Notes under the pieces: model-generated
Databases searched by the model: none
Told to the model about the DNA's origin: nothing
What the model saw: only the letters and a program-made list of their open reading frames with translations
In this document: one piece after another, positions 7,976-18,680 of the stretch
Layout of the letters: each line of letters starts with the position of its first letter
Numbering within the stretch: the first letter of the stretch is position 1
Position numbers and translations under genes: made by a program
Virus record (IMG/VR): IMGVR_UViG_3300040801_004034
Coordinates: 62,001 to 126,000 of that record
DNA length: 64,000 nt
Reading direction: 5' to 3' (one strand)

Positions 7976-10570
7976 TCAACCTAGCAACTCAAGTAATGAT
8001 GTTTTAGTTTGGTTATCTGGTTTCTGAATAGGCCAATGAACTGTTTCATAAAAACGTCGTATACACTGAAACAGAACCTTTTCAAACATTATATTATAAT
8101 CGATTTCAATATTATCTTTAAACTCTTTCGGGTAGTCATATTTGAACCCTAAACAATCAATATTGTACCTATTTGGTTTTTGAACATAGAATGTTCTAAC
8201 TTTATCACCTGATTGAATTTTTTCATAATTAGATGCGATATCAAACCTATCAAGTAACAAGTTATGATAGTATGCAGCTTTTGCATGCATCGGCATACCT
8301 TTACATGTCTTAAACCCATCACACTGTTCGATATATTTTTCAAATTGATGAATACCTGAAATCGAAGCAATATCTTTCACATCCATTGCAATCACATCAT
8401 CATATGCTTTCGATAGAACACGATTAGTCTGCTGTATGCTTTGCGTTCTAAGCATTGTTTCAATGATATCCTTTGCATATGGTTTGATTTTAACTGGCAT
8501 TGTTGATCTTACAACTTCAACACCTTTGTATTTGAATTTATCACATGCAATACCTTCATCATCAAGAATACGGAGTACATAACGTTTCTTACCTGTAAAT
8601 ACACCAACACTTGCAATAACTTCACGCTTAAACACAAATGAGCAATTCTTAGAGTTTAGAGCTTTTGCTCCCCATTTTTTAATACCTACATTCAAGTAAT
8701 CTTCAACCTTTTGAATAGCGTCATAACCATCTTGCGTCACATACTGCTTGTTATCTTTTTCATCAATAACTTTAATACCTTGATGGTCAGTTAAAGCTTT
8801 AATCGATGCATATGTACTGTCTGTATCATTATATATTACAGATTTTTCAAGTGCTAATTCATCTACATCAGGTACTTGTTCTTTGATGTAATCTTTTATT
8901 AATTGATTAGCTTGTTTGATAACACCTTGACCTGTTAATGTAATCGACATACCAATATCTCTATCTCCCATTGGTGCATAACTATTTGCAAAGTATCCAT
9001 AGATTGAGTTAATGAAAATCTTAATACACAACTGTTTTGCATCTAGTTGTTCAATTTTATGTTTTACTTTACGTATTTCATCTTTATCAGCACCGGACTT
9101 TTCCATTTCGGCTTTTTTAACACGAAGTTTTTGCATCTCTTTCTTTACAACAACCCGTTTATCGTAATTGTACTGCAAAATCTTTGGCATAAGACCGAGA
9201 TTCTTTTGTGAAAACATAATATTCGCTTTACTGATTCCGACTTCATGTTTTTTAACAAATTTAACGAAATTCTCCGGCGTAAGTTCATGAACTGTCCCGT
9301 TTATGAGTTGTATTTTGATACATTCATCAGTTTTGCTCAATATCTTACCTAGTTTTGTTTCTGGAGACATATTAAGTGAAATCATCACGTTCGGATACAA
9401 ACTATTCGCATCAAAACTGATTACATTTTCATGAAAACCATCTTGAGGTTCACCTACATATGCTCCTGGAATTCTACCTTGTTCATTTCGTTTGAATGTT
9501 GGTATAATTTGACCTTGACGTCTAGCTTGAATTGCAGCACTACCATTAATAACGGAAATTGCACCAAGAGATTGTTCAAATGTGGTTAACCCAGTGTATG
9601 CTAACATTCGAGCCAATCCGAAATAGTTTAATTTCTCTTCTAGGTTGACAAGAAGTCTAACGTCCTGAATGTTGTATTCAACGAACTTTTGCCAGTTAGT
9701 ACGAGCTAACTCACCAATTGAAATATCACCATAATCGATTTTCTTCTGACCTAACTCGAGTTCGCCGATCGTATCAAGTTTGTAGTTTTCTTTTTCTCCA
9801 GGACTGAACTGTTTATAGACTTCAAGGTAGTCAAGTACCGATACACCTCGAATAGTCCATTTTTTAATAGCCATACCCGCATCGGTAATAATATCCCTGC
9901 ATGATATGTCTCTTGATGGAGATAAACGTTCCATCCATTTACGACCTACTATCTTATCCCCTCTAGCAATAAGGTATGGTAAGTCGAAACCATGTAAATT
10001 CCATGCACTTATGATATCAGGGTAGTCCTTCTCAAAATATAATATAAATCGTTGAAATAACTGTTCTTCATTATCACACTGAACATATTTTACATCAGGG
10101 TCGTTATTTTTATATGGTCCAATACCGAATACAGTATGAATGTTTGTAAGTGAATCATGTAGTGTAACAACATTAACAACTTGTTGCGGATCATGTATAT
10201 TTGGGAAACCTGTATCATCTACCTGTGTTTCAATATCGAGAAAAACACATTTGATAGGATGAATTGAGAAATCTTCATCTTCATTATGTTTCCAATATTC
10301 ATCTACTAAAAACTGCTGTACTGGTGGTAAATTCTCAAAGAACCGATTCGTTGATACATCATTTGTATATTTGTACCGTTCATAAGCAGTTCCAAAAGAT
10401 TTTTTGCGTAGTCCAGTTTTAAAAATAGATTGACCTTCACCATCACTATGCTCGATATAAAGATATGGTGAGTAGTGGTGTCTTACAACTGTTCTCTCAC
10501 CATTTTCATCCCATGTATGTACATATACACTTCTTCCTTTGGGATCATAATAAGCATTTCTATAACTCAT
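7976..10570 (-). CDS. gp43: Family B DNA polymerase (gp43-like)
   Basis: ExoI DIET, ExoII WNLHGFDLPY, YNIQD; Pol motifs FDANSLYP, KIFINSIYG, YNDTDS, KKRY. Confidence 0.97.
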   Translation of the reverse strand: MSYRNAYYDPKGRSVYVHTWDENGERTVVRHHYSPYLYIEHSDGEGQSIFKTGLRKKSFGTAYERYKYTNDVSTNRFFENLPPVQQFLVDEYWKHNEDEDFSIHPIKCVFLDIETQVDDTGFPNIHDPQQVVNVVTLHDSLTNIHTVFGIGPYKNNDPDVKYVQCDNEEQLFQRFILYFEKDYPDIISAWNLHGFDLPYLIARGDKIVGRKWMERLSPSRDISCRDIITDAGMAIKKWTIRGVSVLDYLEVYKQFSPGEKENYKLDTIGELELGQKKIDYGDISIGELARTNWQKFVEYNIQDVRLLVNLEEKLNYFGLARMLAYTGLTTFEQSLGAISVINGSAAIQARRQGQIIPTFKRNEQGRIPGAYVGEPQDGFHENVISFDANSLYPNVMISLNMSPETKLGKILSKTDECIKIQLINGTVHELTPENFVKFVKKHEVGISKANIMFSQKNLGLMPKILQYNYDKRVVVKKEMQKLRVKKAEMEKSGADKDEIRKVKHKIEQLDAKQLCIKIFINSIYGYFANSYAPMGDRDIGMSITLTGQGVIKQANQLIKDYIKEQVPDVDELALEKSVIYNDTDSTYASIKALTDHQGIKVIDEKDNKQYVTQDGYDAIQKVEDYLNVGIKKWGAKALNSKNCSFVFKREVIASVGVFTGKKRYVLRILDDEGIACDKFKYKGVEVVRSTMPVKIKPYAKDIIETMLRTQSIQQTNRVLSKAYDDVIAMDVKDIASISGIHQFEKYIEQCDGFKTCKGMPMHAKAAYYHNLLLDRFDIASNYEKIQSGDKVRTFYVQKPNRYNIDCLGFKYDYPKEFKDNIEIDYNIMFEKVLFQCIRRFYETVHWPIQKPDNQTKTSLLELLG

Positions 10571-10600
10571 AGGCTTATTATATATGACAAATACTGTTTA

Positions 10601-11655
10601 TCAATTATACCTAGAAAGATTTTTGCGTAAGTCGCTACCATACCCATATTTGTACATCTCTAAATAACAATCGATATTTCGATCTGTTTCTAACCAACGT
10701 GTTTCAGCATATTGCCGAGCTTTCTTGCTCTGTGATTTATACTGTTTTGTGTTTGATAGCGTTTTTTGTATTTGATCAATCATCTCATCACCGGTCGAAA
10801 ATTTTATAGGTGCATTCTGATATGTACAAAGATCTTGACATGCAATAGGTAAACCAAATGCACTCGATTCAATATATTTCAGATCAGATTTTGATTTGTT
10901 AAATGTGTTATCCATTAATGGTGCAATCATCATATTACAATTCAGATCTTGTATAGTTTGCCCATAATCATAAAACTGAGCCCAAGGGTGAAATTCAATT
11001 TTACCACTTCGAACAAGATCACCTAAAGGTAAAGGATATGCTCCCATAAACACCCACTGATATTTGTCTACTGTCTTACGGATGACATCATTTACATGAT
11101 AAAAATCATCCTTATGCTTTACTCTACTATCAACATCAAAGTGCGCACCACTGCCTGTATATAATATACGAGGTTTTCTTTTGTATTTTTCTAAATTCTG
11201 CATGATCTTACTCTGATCATAGAAATGACCTAACCAGAATTTCGGCATAAAGTTTGGTAGCACTGTGATATTTTTATTACCTGTTTTTTCACTATAATAA
11301 TCTCTCATGAAATCATTTGTTACAGTAATTTCATCACACAGTGCCATAATCTGTTGAGTGGATTCTCTGATCTTCGGATCTGCAAATGCTTCTCTGTATT
11401 TGTTATAACCAGGAATGTCTTCATAGAAACAGATATCATCAATTTCATAAACAATTCTAAAACCGTCTTTATCAGCAACTTGTCTTAAGAACTTAACAAA
11501 TTCAAGCTGTTGCGGTGTTGCTTGTCGTTGTATCCTAACACATTTTGTACTTACATAATAACGCGGGTCAAGATTCATTACAGTGGTAGATTGTACAACA
11601 GCTTTTCTATGACCGTTCATTACCTGCTCTGGCCAAATCATACGCCAGTGACCGC
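10601..11655 (-). CDS. GT-B glycosyltransferase, exon 2
   Basis: After splicing reads ...ADYSG-C-GHWRMIWPE; YEIDD, DEITVT and APL..N.FNKSKSDLKYIE motifs of phage GT4-like enzymes. Confidence 0.85.
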
Positions 11656-11900
11656 CAATATCTTCAATACAGATCGTTACTCTGTACCCGTTTTAAACTG
11701 CTTTACGTTTCCGTAAAGATGAGACTATATCATCACCCTATTTTTGGGTGTTCTGCGCTTCCACTCACTTGAGTGTACTCCTTACGGATAGTCGTTGAAC
11801 CTTCTTCTTTCGAAGCTTGGCTGCTGATTGCCATTTTACAGGTTTCCAGCAATTCACAGAATTTTTCAATATATGTTACCATATAAAGGGTCACTAATTT
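11656..11900 (-). ncRNA. Group I self-splicing intron (ORF-less, IA-like, 245 nt)
   Basis: 5' exon ends in U pairing with G of the guide (GGUU/GACC); terminal omega-G; P/Q/R/S cores AAUUGCUGGAAA, AAUCAGCAG, GUUCAACGACUAU, GAUAUAGUC; P3 UUCUGUG/CGCAGAA; P7.1, P7.2, P8 and P9 hairpins; removal restores the frame. Confidence 0.92.
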
Positions 11901-12051
11901 AACCAGAGTAGTCAGCGAGGTAATTCAAACACCTAGGTAAGTCCATTTCTGGGAGTACAGGTGGTTTATGTTGCTTTGGTGCAGCTTGTTGTGTTGACGA
12001 GATACCTGCTTGCATCGGTATTCTCTGACTGAACTGTTGATTCATTATCAT
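11901..12051 (-). CDS. GT-B glycosyltransferase, exon 1
   Basis: MIMNQQF...PRCLNYLADYSG+T; joined to exon 2 gives a 401-aa protein. Confidence 0.8.
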
Positions 12052-12055
12052 AATA

Positions 12056-12928
12056 TTAAGATTTAATACCAAATATAATAAAATCAATATCGTAACCTTG
12101 TTCAATACAAGCATCGTGTTTACAAATATTTTGTTCAAGATGTTTATTCATTGTGTACGTAGATTTAACTTCAATTATCAAATTATCTTTTGGTATAAAA
12201 ATATCAGGAAAGTACTTTTTGTTTTTCGTTTTAAATGTATAATCTATAACAGGTATCAAATTATTATCTGTAACGATGTCATCAACTGTGTATCCGCATT
12301 CAAGAAGAAGTTTTATAGCTTTATCTTCATATCCTTGATATGCAAATGTCTTTCCGTTTATACTGAGTTGTTTTGTTTTAAACGCTGATTTTTGTTGTTT
12401 TGATAAAACTTGAGGTATATGCATCACATTACACACCCCGTATTTTTTCATAACAGCATCCTGATGTTTTTGTTGTATTATAGACCATCCACCATTTTTA
12501 ATAATTGTCTGTCTAGTCAATTCAACAGTTTTTTGTTTAAATAGTTGCTGCTCTTCCCAATTTCTTATATGATTACCATTCTCTGTTAGTACTCTTTGTA
12601 TAACACAAGGGTCGACACTATGCTGATTAGCTATGTAATTTATACCATACCCTTCTGAATATTGTTTAGTCATTCGACCTATTTCATTTTCTGTGAATGA
12701 TTTTTGAATAGTTTCATTACGCTTTTTGTTATACCTACTAAGATTTCTTGATTCAGCAGGAGATCTCAAGCATAGATCATTTTTCAAAATTATATTCTTT
12801 ATAACACTGACATTTACATTGTATTCTCTCGCCAGTTCTGTAACCGAGTACTCATCACAATATTTTACGATAATTTCCGCACTCTTACCGATCAATTTTT
12901 TACTTTCTCATACATTTTCCACGACCAT
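12056..12928 (-). CDS. Free-standing PD-(D/E)xK homing-type endonuclease (start uncertain, possibly disrupted)
   Basis: N-terminal HTH-like repeats, KKYGV repeat, C-terminal YFPDIFIP...IIEVKS; the promoter-linked ATG at 12928 is followed by an in-frame TGA at codon 7, alternative TTG start at 12895. Confidence 0.7.
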
Positions 12929-12954
12929 AATAATATTTATGGGTATAGACAATG

Positions 12955-14760
12955 TTACTCAGTAAAATCTATACGCTTTGTTATACCGTTAGATTTTTCT
13001 AAGTACACAATTTCACCTGTCGCTTGTTTGATACTTTCTTTACGGTGACTAATAACAAAAACGCACTCGTTATATTTTTCAACACGTTCATTCAATATAT
13101 CCAATACAAGACCAACACCTTTTTCGTCAAGACTACTATCAAACAATTCATCGTAAAAATTCACGTTGTAATATACATCACCTTGTGCTTTACGCATATC
13201 AATAAACGAGAACAAGCATCCAATATCAATAGCTTTACGCTCAGCACCGCTAAAGTTATCATACATACACTGCTTACCTCGTTCGGAAACAATTTCTTCT
13301 TCAAAATACTCATTGAATCTACACACACAATTACTATCTAATTTTTTCAAGTAATAAGCAAGCTTGCTGTTAAAGTGTTGTAGTATTTTTCTTACAATAT
13401 AGCTTTTAACACCCTCTTCACTCACAACGAATTTAACAACATCGAGCATATTGATAGTCATCTTGATATTATCAAGTTCGGTTTTGATATCATCAATTTC
13501 ATTTTGTATTGTCGAAATTGTATCCCCAAATGATTCCTTTTCTTTTTGAATTTTTTGTATATCACCTTTTAGTGTTTTATTATACTCTTCAAGTTCAGTT
13601 ATGCGTTCAGCAATATGAGGTAATGATGTCAGCTGAGCTTGTATATCTTGTACCTTGGTTTCAACTGTCTTAATTGCATTGTTCACCATTTGACGTTCTT
13701 TAACGAGTTGATCATGCTCGTTCTGCTTGGTATCACAATCTTGTTTATGTTGTTTGATTTGTAATCTTATTTCATCTTTACTCTGATCAATGTGTTGTTT
13801 ATCATGATCAGAAATTGAACGTAAACACATCTCACAAACATCATCTTCAGTACCAATCTTTTTATATTTTTCACTAAGACTTTGTAATGCATGTTTGTGT
13901 TCAGCAATTACAGTTTTTATTTCATCAATGCTGCTATTATGTTTTTCTACCAATACATTGAGTTGTTCAGCTTTATCTTTAAACGGTTTAACGTCTTTAT
14001 CTTTTAACTCATCATACTCCTGTTTTTTACTCAGTATTTGCCTGTCATTAGACTCGATTTTTTCCTTAATTGTTTTGATACGCTTATTTTTACGTTCATC
14101 GAAGTCTTTTTGTTGTTCTGTTTGTGAGTTAAGAAACTTATTTTTTTCTTCAAGTCGTGTTATTTCAATTTCAAACGACTGTTTTATTTCACTGTAGTTT
14201 TGACGCAATTCCTGCATCATCTTAGAAAACATTTCAAGATTAAAAATCTGCTCAACGAACTTACGTTTATCACTTTTCTTTTTGCTCATGAACGGTACAT
14301 GATTATTAAGTGTCATAATAACACAATTTTGAAATATTTCAGGTGTTGATGATAATAATGTATGAATATATTCATTAGTATTCGCAATACTATCTCTCGT
14401 TTTATCAACATTATTTTTATATATTCTACACGCTGATGGGTTGAGTGTTCTTTCAATTAAGAACTCATTTTGGCCATGTTTCGGATCATCAACAGTAAAT
14501 GTTAATGTTACTCTACATACACCATTTGTTGTGTAGTTAGGTATGTATTTCTTTGATAAATTACGAAGAGTGTTACCGAATATAGCAAAATAAAATGCAT
14601 CAACGATTGTGCTCTTTCCAATACCGTTTCTACGATCTTCTTTATCTTTGTTGATACCAGTAATGATGTGGAGACCTTTTTTGAAGTCTACAACTACTGG
14701 TTCTTCACCCACTGAAAGAAAATTTTCAATAGACAGCTGTTTAAAGTATACTTTTTTCAT
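12955..14760 (-). CDS. gp46: Recombination endonuclease subunit gp46 (Rad50/SbcC-like)
   Basis: NFLSVG, Walker A NGIGKST, coiled coil with CEMC hook, FSGAE signature, DELFDSSLD, VISH. Confidence 0.95.
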   Translation of the reverse strand: MKKVYFKQLSIENFLSVGEEPVVVDFKKGLHIITGINKDKEDRRNGIGKSTIVDAFYFAIFGNTLRNLSKKYIPNYTTNGVCRVTLTFTVDDPKHGQNEFLIERTLNPSACRIYKNNVDKTRDSIANTNEYIHTLLSSTPEIFQNCVIMTLNNHVPFMSKKKSDKRKFVEQIFNLEMFSKMMQELRQNYSEIKQSFEIEITRLEEKNKFLNSQTEQQKDFDERKNKRIKTIKEKIESNDRQILSKKQEYDELKDKDVKPFKDKAEQLNVLVEKHNSSIDEIKTVIAEHKHALQSLSEKYKKIGTEDDVCEMCLRSISDHDKQHIDQSKDEIRLQIKQHKQDCDTKQNEHDQLVKERQMVNNAIKTVETKVQDIQAQLTSLPHIAERITELEEYNKTLKGDIQKIQKEKESFGDTISTIQNEIDDIKTELDNIKMTINMLDVVKFVVSEEGVKSYIVRKILQHFNSKLAYYLKKLDSNCVCRFNEYFEEEIVSERGKQCMYDNFSGAERKAIDIGCLFSFIDMRKAQGDVYYNVNFYDELFDSSLDEKGVGLVLDILNERVEKYNECVFVISHRKESIKQATGEIVYLEKSNGITKRIDFTE

Positions 14761-15794
14761 TTTACAGATTCATATAATGAGCATGAATATTCAATAACAT
14801 CCTTTTTGTTATTGATGTCAAGCATATTCACAAAATCATTAATAGCTTGTTTAATATCGATACCTGAAAGATCAAAATCATCATCTTGTTCAACACTTAG
14901 TGTATTATAATTAACATCATAATCAACCCGTAGCTCTGATGGCTTGTAACTTAGTATGACTGTTGAAAGATGGTCCAAATGTTCAACAGATATATTTTTA
15001 TCAATTATAAGTTTAATGATATTACCAGGTACAACTTTTTTGAAATATGTTTTAGGAGCGGTGACATTTATCAGTTTTGAAAGAACAACTTTAATATGTT
15101 TAGGTGTTACATCATTCTGTTTAAACTCATATTCAAGTGTATCTAAATCAAGAATATAATATCCTTTCTCTTGTTCGGTATCACTGAAATCCATTTGAAA
15201 CGGGTTACCAACATACAGGATTTTTGAACCGTTAATGATTTTCTCATCCCTCATATGGAAATGACCTGTAATTATTAATTTAGCTTTCTTCGCAACAACT
15301 TCAGGATCATCTCCATGATCACAAATCTTGAATGTGTTCATCTTGAAATTTTCTAGCTCAAAGTGTCCGAAAATGACATCACTAGGTTTAAGATCCACTA
15401 TTTTAGTACCCCAAGGACAAAATGTAAGTGTCTTATCACCAACATCTACAGATGTAACCGATTCATATACAGTAACATTCGTTCTACCTGAAAAAATAGA
15501 TACACTATTGATTTCACTTGTATCTTTATACCAAGCATCATGGTTACCAGGAATCATGTACAACTTAAACTCTGATAGTTGGTCTAATAATCTATTTGCA
15601 AAACTAAGAGTTTTGACACTGACTTCAGCGCGGTAATGAAAAAAATCTCCGCAAAACGCAATATCTGTTATACCTTGTTTTCTTAAGTCTTTAACAAACC
15701 ACTTTACCCAATCATCAGCAATTCTTAACCAAAAATCACTGTTCTGATGAACACCCAAATGAATATCCGAAAATATTGCTATTCTTCTATTCAT
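14757..15794 (-). CDS. gp47: Recombination endonuclease subunit gp47 (Mre11/SbcD-like)
   Basis: SDIHLG, GDFF, GNHD, GHFE and TGHFH phosphoesterase motifs. Confidence 0.95.
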   Translation of the reverse strand: MNRRIAIFSDIHLGVHQNSDFWLRIADDWVKWFVKDLRKQGITDIAFCGDFFHYRAEVSVKTLSFANRLLDQLSEFKLYMIPGNHDAWYKDTSEINSVSIFSGRTNVTVYESVTSVDVGDKTLTFCPWGTKIVDLKPSDVIFGHFELENFKMNTFKICDHGDDPEVVAKKAKLIITGHFHMRDEKIINGSKILYVGNPFQMDFSDTEQEKGYYILDLDTLEYEFKQNDVTPKHIKVVLSKLINVTAPKTYFKKVVPGNIIKLIIDKNISVEHLDHLSTVILSYKPSELRVDYDVNYNTLSVEQDDDFDLSGIDIKQAINDFVNMLDINNKKDVIEYSCSLYESVK

Positions 15795-16275
15795 AATCAT
15801 GCTCATCGGAGTTTGGTTTTATATAAACCATACCATCTGATGACTCAATCATTTGCTGTTCGTATACTCTTTCTTTATATTCATTTAATGTATCGTGATA
15901 TTTTTTCTCTTTCTTGATTCTATTGATAAATGCATGAAATGCAATTGTAGTGAAATATGAAAACGGGTTGAAATCTGAGTCTAAATTAAATTTTTTATTC
16001 TTGACTGCCATGAACATTTTAACCCTGGCATCACCAACCATCTCTTGTTTATACGAGTAGTTAATAAAATTGCTCTTAAAACTCAAGCCTGTGGCAATCT
16101 TATCGATCATCGTAGCAAGCTCTTTCGTAAAATCTTCTGTTTCATAGTATTTGCGAAGTTCTTCCCTAAATTCCACGGAACCGACATAGTACTCTTCCGA
16201 TTTTGGTTTAGGTCCTCGTCTTTTACCTGTTGCTTTTTTAGATACTACCTTTTTCGTTGACTTCTTCACTGCCAT
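15787..16275 (-). CDS. gp55: Late-transcription sigma factor gp55
   Basis: IATGLSFKSNFINYSYKQEMVGDA, NPFSYFTTIAFHAFINRIKKEKK. Confidence 0.9.
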   Translation of the reverse strand: MAVKKSTKKVVSKKATGKRRGPKPKSEEYYVGSVEFREELRKYYETEDFTKELATMIDKIATGLSFKSNFINYSYKQEMVGDARVKMFMAVKNKKFNLDSDFNPFSYFTTIAFHAFINRIKKEKKYHDTLNEYKERVYEQQMIESSDGMVYIKPNSDEHDYE

Positions 16276-16309
16276 ACATAATTATAGACACACGGATACG
16301 TTAATCAAC

Positions 16310-17725
16310 CTATTCATTGATTTTTGTTATACTATAATCTATCTGTTCCTTTTTATATGTAGCACGTCTTTTCATTCCATGTGCAGAACCATATTTGATA
16401 TTATCAACGATATCAATGATGTTGAGTTTATCTTTTAGTTCATGTAATCTCAAACCACGACCAACAGACTGCACGATTCTTATAAAACTTTTACCACCAG
16501 AAGCAAAAATGATGTTATGTAAATTTTTAACATTAACACCTGTTGAAAAAATTGAACTCATCGCTATACATATAATATCATTGTTTGTTTCCATCTCTGC
16601 TCTAATTCGTTCACGTTCATCAACCGGCATTTCACCACTAATAAAATATACACGTTTATCTGAAAGCTGTGAAATCAGTTCTAAAAGAGTTTCACCATGT
16701 CGTAAATGATTAACAAGTACAAGAGTATTATTCTTACATCCATTACATGTTGATTTTATGACATTGTTACGGAAAACATTATCATATATGAAATCGAGTT
16801 CGTTATAGTAGTTGTTTTGACCTTTAACAATTTTCGGTGGATTTTGATATGATATTTCAACTTGAAACACATTAACTGGTGTAAGGTATTTTTCTTTACG
16901 AAGTTCAAAGCTGTCTTTATCAAATAACACCGGACCTATTTTACCTAACACGCTCCATTCATCTATTTTATTTTCCGGTAACGTACCAGTGCAACCGAAT
17001 TTTATATTGGTATTTATTTTACCTACAATTTTACTGATAGAATTATTTTTCTTAATACCATGACATTCATCAATGACTGCCATATCAACAAAATTGATCC
17101 AATGTGAGTCATCATAATTTGTTTGTATAATATTTCTGTTTGCTATAATTACATTCGCATCTAGATCAGGTTCTGCATTACCATGCCACATTGTATATGA
17201 AAATGGTACATTATACTCCTGAAAATCTTTATAGGTCTGCGAAACAAGACTCAATGTTGGTACGATAATTATCACTTTCCATGATTTATCAACCATGTAG
17301 TATGATGATATAAGAGATGCAAGTGTAAGTGTTTTACCACCACCAGTACCTATCTTAAGAATGCCTCGACCTTTTTTAAGAGCTTTCTCATTTGCTGTTA
17401 ATTGATAGTCTCTAAGCGGCAACATTAATCTATCAAACACCTCTGTACCTTCTACTTTTGGATTGATTATCTCATAAACATCTGGGTCAATGACTACTTG
17501 TTCATCCGGATACTGCTCCTTTATAAGTTTCAAGATAGTAAATAACATACCTGGTTCGAATAACCCTGTTGGTGTTATACAGTAAAGTCTATCAGGTACT
17601 CTATAGTTTACTTTCTTTTTGATCATGTGCGCATTTTCATTAGGTATCGATAGATACTCCCTAATATAATCAATGTGCTCCGTATTCATACGGATCATAT
17701 TATGGCTGTGAGAAAACCGGATCAT
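16310..17725 (-). CDS. uvsW: UvsW SF2 helicase
   Basis: LRDYQ, TGGGKT, DECH, TGT, STGVN and QSVGRGLR motifs. Confidence 0.93.
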   Translation of the reverse strand: MIRFSHSHNMIRMNTEHIDYIREYLSIPNENAHMIKKKVNYRVPDRLYCITPTGLFEPGMLFTILKLIKEQYPDEQVVIDPDVYEIINPKVEGTEVFDRLMLPLRDYQLTANEKALKKGRGILKIGTGGGKTLTLASLISSYYMVDKSWKVIIIVPTLSLVSQTYKDFQEYNVPFSYTMWHGNAEPDLDANVIIANRNIIQTNYDDSHWINFVDMAVIDECHGIKKNNSISKIVGKINTNIKFGCTGTLPENKIDEWSVLGKIGPVLFDKDSFELRKEKYLTPVNVFQVEISYQNPPKIVKGQNNYYNELDFIYDNVFRNNVIKSTCNGCKNNTLVLVNHLRHGETLLELISQLSDKRVYFISGEMPVDERERIRAEMETNNDIICIAMSSIFSTGVNVKNLHNIIFASGGKSFIRIVQSVGRGLRLHELKDKLNIIDIVDNIKYGSAHGMKRRATYKKEQIDYSITKINE

Positions 17726-17771
17726 TTTGTTATTTTGTGTTCCATCTGTAATGTTTTTACTAAATATTGTT

Positions 17772-18680
17772 ATGGATTCTTCATTTTACGTATACGCATA
17801 CAAAAAACCTGACAATACAATTATATATGTCGGGAAAGGTAAGTCAATGAGATATAAAGATCATTTACTTGGTAGATCGTCAAACAATATTCTTAAAGGT
17901 AAAATCGAAAAAGGTGAAAAATATGAAGTAGTTTTTCTTGAAGAAAACCTTTCAGAAGAAAGAGCATTTGAATTAGAGAAATATTATATTAAAAAATATG
18001 GTAGACTAGATAAAGGTGAGGGTCTCCTTTATAACTTGACAGATGGTGGAGAAGGTGTGTCTGGTTTTATATATACAGATGCAGAAATATTACGACGGTA
18101 TGATAATTTGAGAACTGTAAGGGTACAGAATATTATAACAGGTGAGATAAAGGAATGGATTAGTTTAGGTGCAGCAGCTAGAGAAACAGGTATCTGTGTA
18201 GGTGGTTGGTGGTCATTACTTGAAGGTAAAACTCAAACATTATATAAAACGTGGTCATTACCTGGATACAAAAACACAAAATATGATGATAGAAGAAAAG
18301 AGGTAGTTATTTATGATAATTTATCCGAAAATTATTTAAAATATAAAAGTCGTGTTGAATGCAGTAAACAACTAGGTATTAATTTAATTCAAGTTTCTGG
18401 ATTAATGACAGGTAAATATACTCATCTAAAACGTAGATATACAATAGAACCCGAACCATATAGTGTGTTACAATCTTTACCAGTCGGTAATCAACACAAA
18501 ACAAGAAAATATTTTAACAAACCTATAAGTTTGATAGATAATCAAAACGGTGAAATTTTACATTTTGAATCAAGAAAAGAGGCTGCTGAACAACTAGATG
18601 TGTATCAAGGTGATCTATCTGGTCTTGTTCGTGGGAGAATCAAAAGTATAAAAAAAGGTCGTTTTACAGTTGCTCCATAG
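17772..18680 (+). CDS. GIY-YIG homing endonuclease with NUMOD1-like repeats
   Basis: FYVYAY...IYVGKG..R, E..AFELE, NLTDGGEG; three repeats of the F.S..EAA..L type; inserted antisense between uvsY and uvsW. Confidence 0.85.
   Translation: MDSSFYVYAYKKPDNTIIYVGKGKSMRYKDHLLGRSSNNILKGKIEKGEKYEVVFLEENLSEERAFELEKYYIKKYGRLDKGEGLLYNLTDGGEGVSGFIYTDAEILRRYDNLRTVRVQNIITGEIKEWISLGAAARETGICVGGWWSLLEGKTQTLYKTWSLPGYKNTKYDDRRKEVVIYDNLSENYLKYKSRVECSKQLGINLIQVSGLMTGKYTHLKRRYTIEPEPYSVLQSLPVGNQHKTRKYFNKPISLIDNQNGEILHFESRKEAAEQLDVYQGDLSGLVRGRIKSIKKGRFTVAP

Noticed and set aside
7976-10570. Intein or intron in the DNA polymerase or other core genes
   Set aside because: Lengths and motif spacing of gp43, gp46, gp47, UvsX, UvsW and PhoH are normal, with no splice motifs
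11899-12138. 79-aa ORF as an independent gene
   Set aside because: Its 3' part is exon 1 of the intron-split glycosyltransferase; the 5' part overlaps the endonuclease gene
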